Source of the DNA: Sphaerochaetaceae bacterium
GTDB taxonomy: Bacteria > Spirochaetota > Spirochaetia > Sphaerochaetales > Sphaerochaetaceae
Length of the DNA stretch: 64,000 bases
Assembly (NCBI GenBank): GCA_016302165.1
Contig: JAEDOD010000001.1
Location: 1,382 to 65,381 of the forward strand
Direction of reading: 5' to 3'
Made by a program: the position numbers and the translations under genes
In this document: one piece after another, positions 63,133 to 64,000 of the stretch
How positions within the stretch are numbered: the stretch's first letter is position 1
How the letters are laid out: the number at the start of each line of letters is the position of its first letter
The notes under the pieces: model-generated
What the model was told of the DNA's origin: nothing
Seen by the model: the letters and a program-made list of their open reading frames with translations, nothing else
The model's database searches: none

Positions 63133-64000
63133 AGATGGATAAGGATACACTGAAGAGAGAGGAGCCCTGGAGACAGCGTAAGACAGTGGTCTTCATGTCT
63201 GACTTCGGATATCAGGACGGAGCTGTAAGCGCCATGCATGGAGTTGCCGACCAGGTGGATTCCTCATTGAAGCTGGAGGACCTGACTCACGATATTCCCC
63301 AGTTCAATATATGGGAAGCCAGCTACAGGCTTATCCAGACCGTTGAATACTGGGCTCCGGGAACTGTCTTTGTGTCTGTAGTGGACCCGGGAGTGGGCAG
63401 CGAAAGGGAAAGCGTGGCTGTGCTCCTTTCCTCCGGCCACATCATCGTGACTCCTGATAATGGAACGCTGTCTCATGTGGCCAAGGGCATTGGAATTCTG
63501 GAAAGAAGAAGAATCAGCGAAGTGACCAACCGTCTTAAGGACAGCCAAAGGTCCTATACCTTCTATGGCCGTGATGTATATGCATATACAGGTGCCAGGC
63601 TGGCTGCAGGCGTCATTACCTTTGATGAAGTGGGTCCCCTTCTGGATAATGAACCTGTTATGCTGGAAATGAATGATCCTTTATCAGAAGACGGATGCAT
63701 TACAGGTTCCATCGATATTCTTGATACCAGGTACGGCTCACTTTGGACCAATATTCCTGACACTCTATTCTTCTCTTCAGGTTTCTCCTATGGAGACAAA
63801 ATCAGAGTGGATATCGAATACAGGGACCGGACTGTCTATGGCTGCACCCTGCCTTTCTGCAGAAACTTCACTGAGGTGGAGAAGGGGGAGAGCCTTATCT
63901 ACATCAACAGCCTGCTGGATGTGGGCATTGCTGTAAACCAAGGCTCCTTTACAGATCTCTATGGAGTGAAGACAGGAATGGGCTGGAAAATCCGCTTCTC
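63129..64000 (+). CDS. SAM hydroxide adenosyltransferase family protein (DUF62), 3'-truncated by the window edge
   Basis: This ORF is absent from the ORF track because there is no stop in the window. My translation from ATG 63129 reads ...VVFMSDFGYQDGAVSAMHGV...VVDPGVGSERE...TPDNGTLS...FYGRDVYAYTGARLA..., which matches the DUF62/SalL-FlA-like fold motifs. The ATGA start overlaps the previous stop. Confidence 0.85.
   Translation, partial: MKMDKDTLKREEPWRQRKTVVFMSDFGYQDGAVSAMHGVADQVDSSLKLEDLTHDIPQFNIWEASYRLIQTVEYWAPGTVFVSVVDPGVGSERESVAVLLSSGHIIVTPDNGTLSHVAKGIGILERRRISEVTNRLKDSQRSYTFYGRDVYAYTGARLAAGVITFDEVGPLLDNEPVMLEMNDPLSEDGCITGSIDILDTRYGSLWTNIPDTLFFSSGFSYGDKIRVDIEYRDRTVYGCTLPFCRNFTEVEKGESLIYINSLLDVGIAVNQGSFTDLYGVKTGMGWKIRF

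Noticed and set aside
63264-63936. ORF-track entries 63264..63548(-), 63563..63763(-) and 63673..63936(+)
   Set aside because: They overlap the open-ended plus-strand frame starting at 63129, which encodes a clear DUF62/SAM hydroxide adenosyltransferase homologue.
1-64000. tRNA/rRNA genes, CRISPR arrays, transposases/integrases, prophage or defence-island content
   Set aside because: I looked for T-loop-like GGTTCGAATCC-type motifs, regularly spaced direct repeats, terminal inverted repeats and recombinase- or nuclease-like ORFs, and found none. The window appears to be core chromosome. A tRNAscan, Infernal and ISfinder run would be the decisive check.

Overview
This is a densely coding 64-kb bacterial chromosomal segment with about 60 genes on both strands, many with 1-30 nt start/stop overlaps. 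GC looks mid-range by eye but was not computed.

**Gene content.** Most genes are housekeeping:
- Protein quality control and translation: ftsH, lepA, prfB, ftsY.
- Aminoacyl-tRNA synthetases: ileS, trpS, hisS.
- RNA processing and modification: rnc, rnz, cca, a pcnB-like gene, thiI plus a cysteine desulfurase, tsaC.
- The compact rpmF-acpP-rnc block.
- Aromatic amino acid synthesis: aroB, aroH.
- Energy and envelope functions: a complete rnfCDGEAB operon and a LolCDE-like ABC block.

The gene order, the absence of T-box leaders before the synthetase genes, and the codon bias make me think of a Treponema-like spirochaete. That is inference only.

**Not found.** I saw no rRNA, tRNA, CRISPR array, transposase, integrase or phage gene.

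**Less ordinary parts.**
1. A DeoR-controlled operon encodes a class II aldolase, a split transketolase and a PfkB kinase. It is joined to an Fe3+/AfuA-type ABC importer, and a four-copy 9-mer repeat sits in the control region.
2. A FucI-like isomerase, LacI, FGGY kinase and mutarotase form an overlapping gene chain behind a near-consensus promoter and a 20-bp CG-centred palindromic operator.
3. Two tandem mgtE paralogues each have a leader of roughly 130-200 nt. I could not fit either leader to the M-box consensus. Both carry a strong SD plus a short uORF with shared peptide motifs, and the SD can be sequestered in a helix.
4. A perfect 11-bp SD/anti-SD hairpin precedes a gene for a P-loop NTPase fused to an Asp23-like domain.
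5. A GH57-like protein lacking the catalytic motifs is translationally coupled to the end of the rnf operon.
6. prfB carries the classical +1 programmed frameshift, which the ORF track splits and partly misses.
7. A membrane protein has a long V/E/K/P-rich tandem repeat.

**Limits.** All calls come from reading the translations and the DNA by eye. No database search, fold calculation or statistics were run. Start codons are judgement calls.
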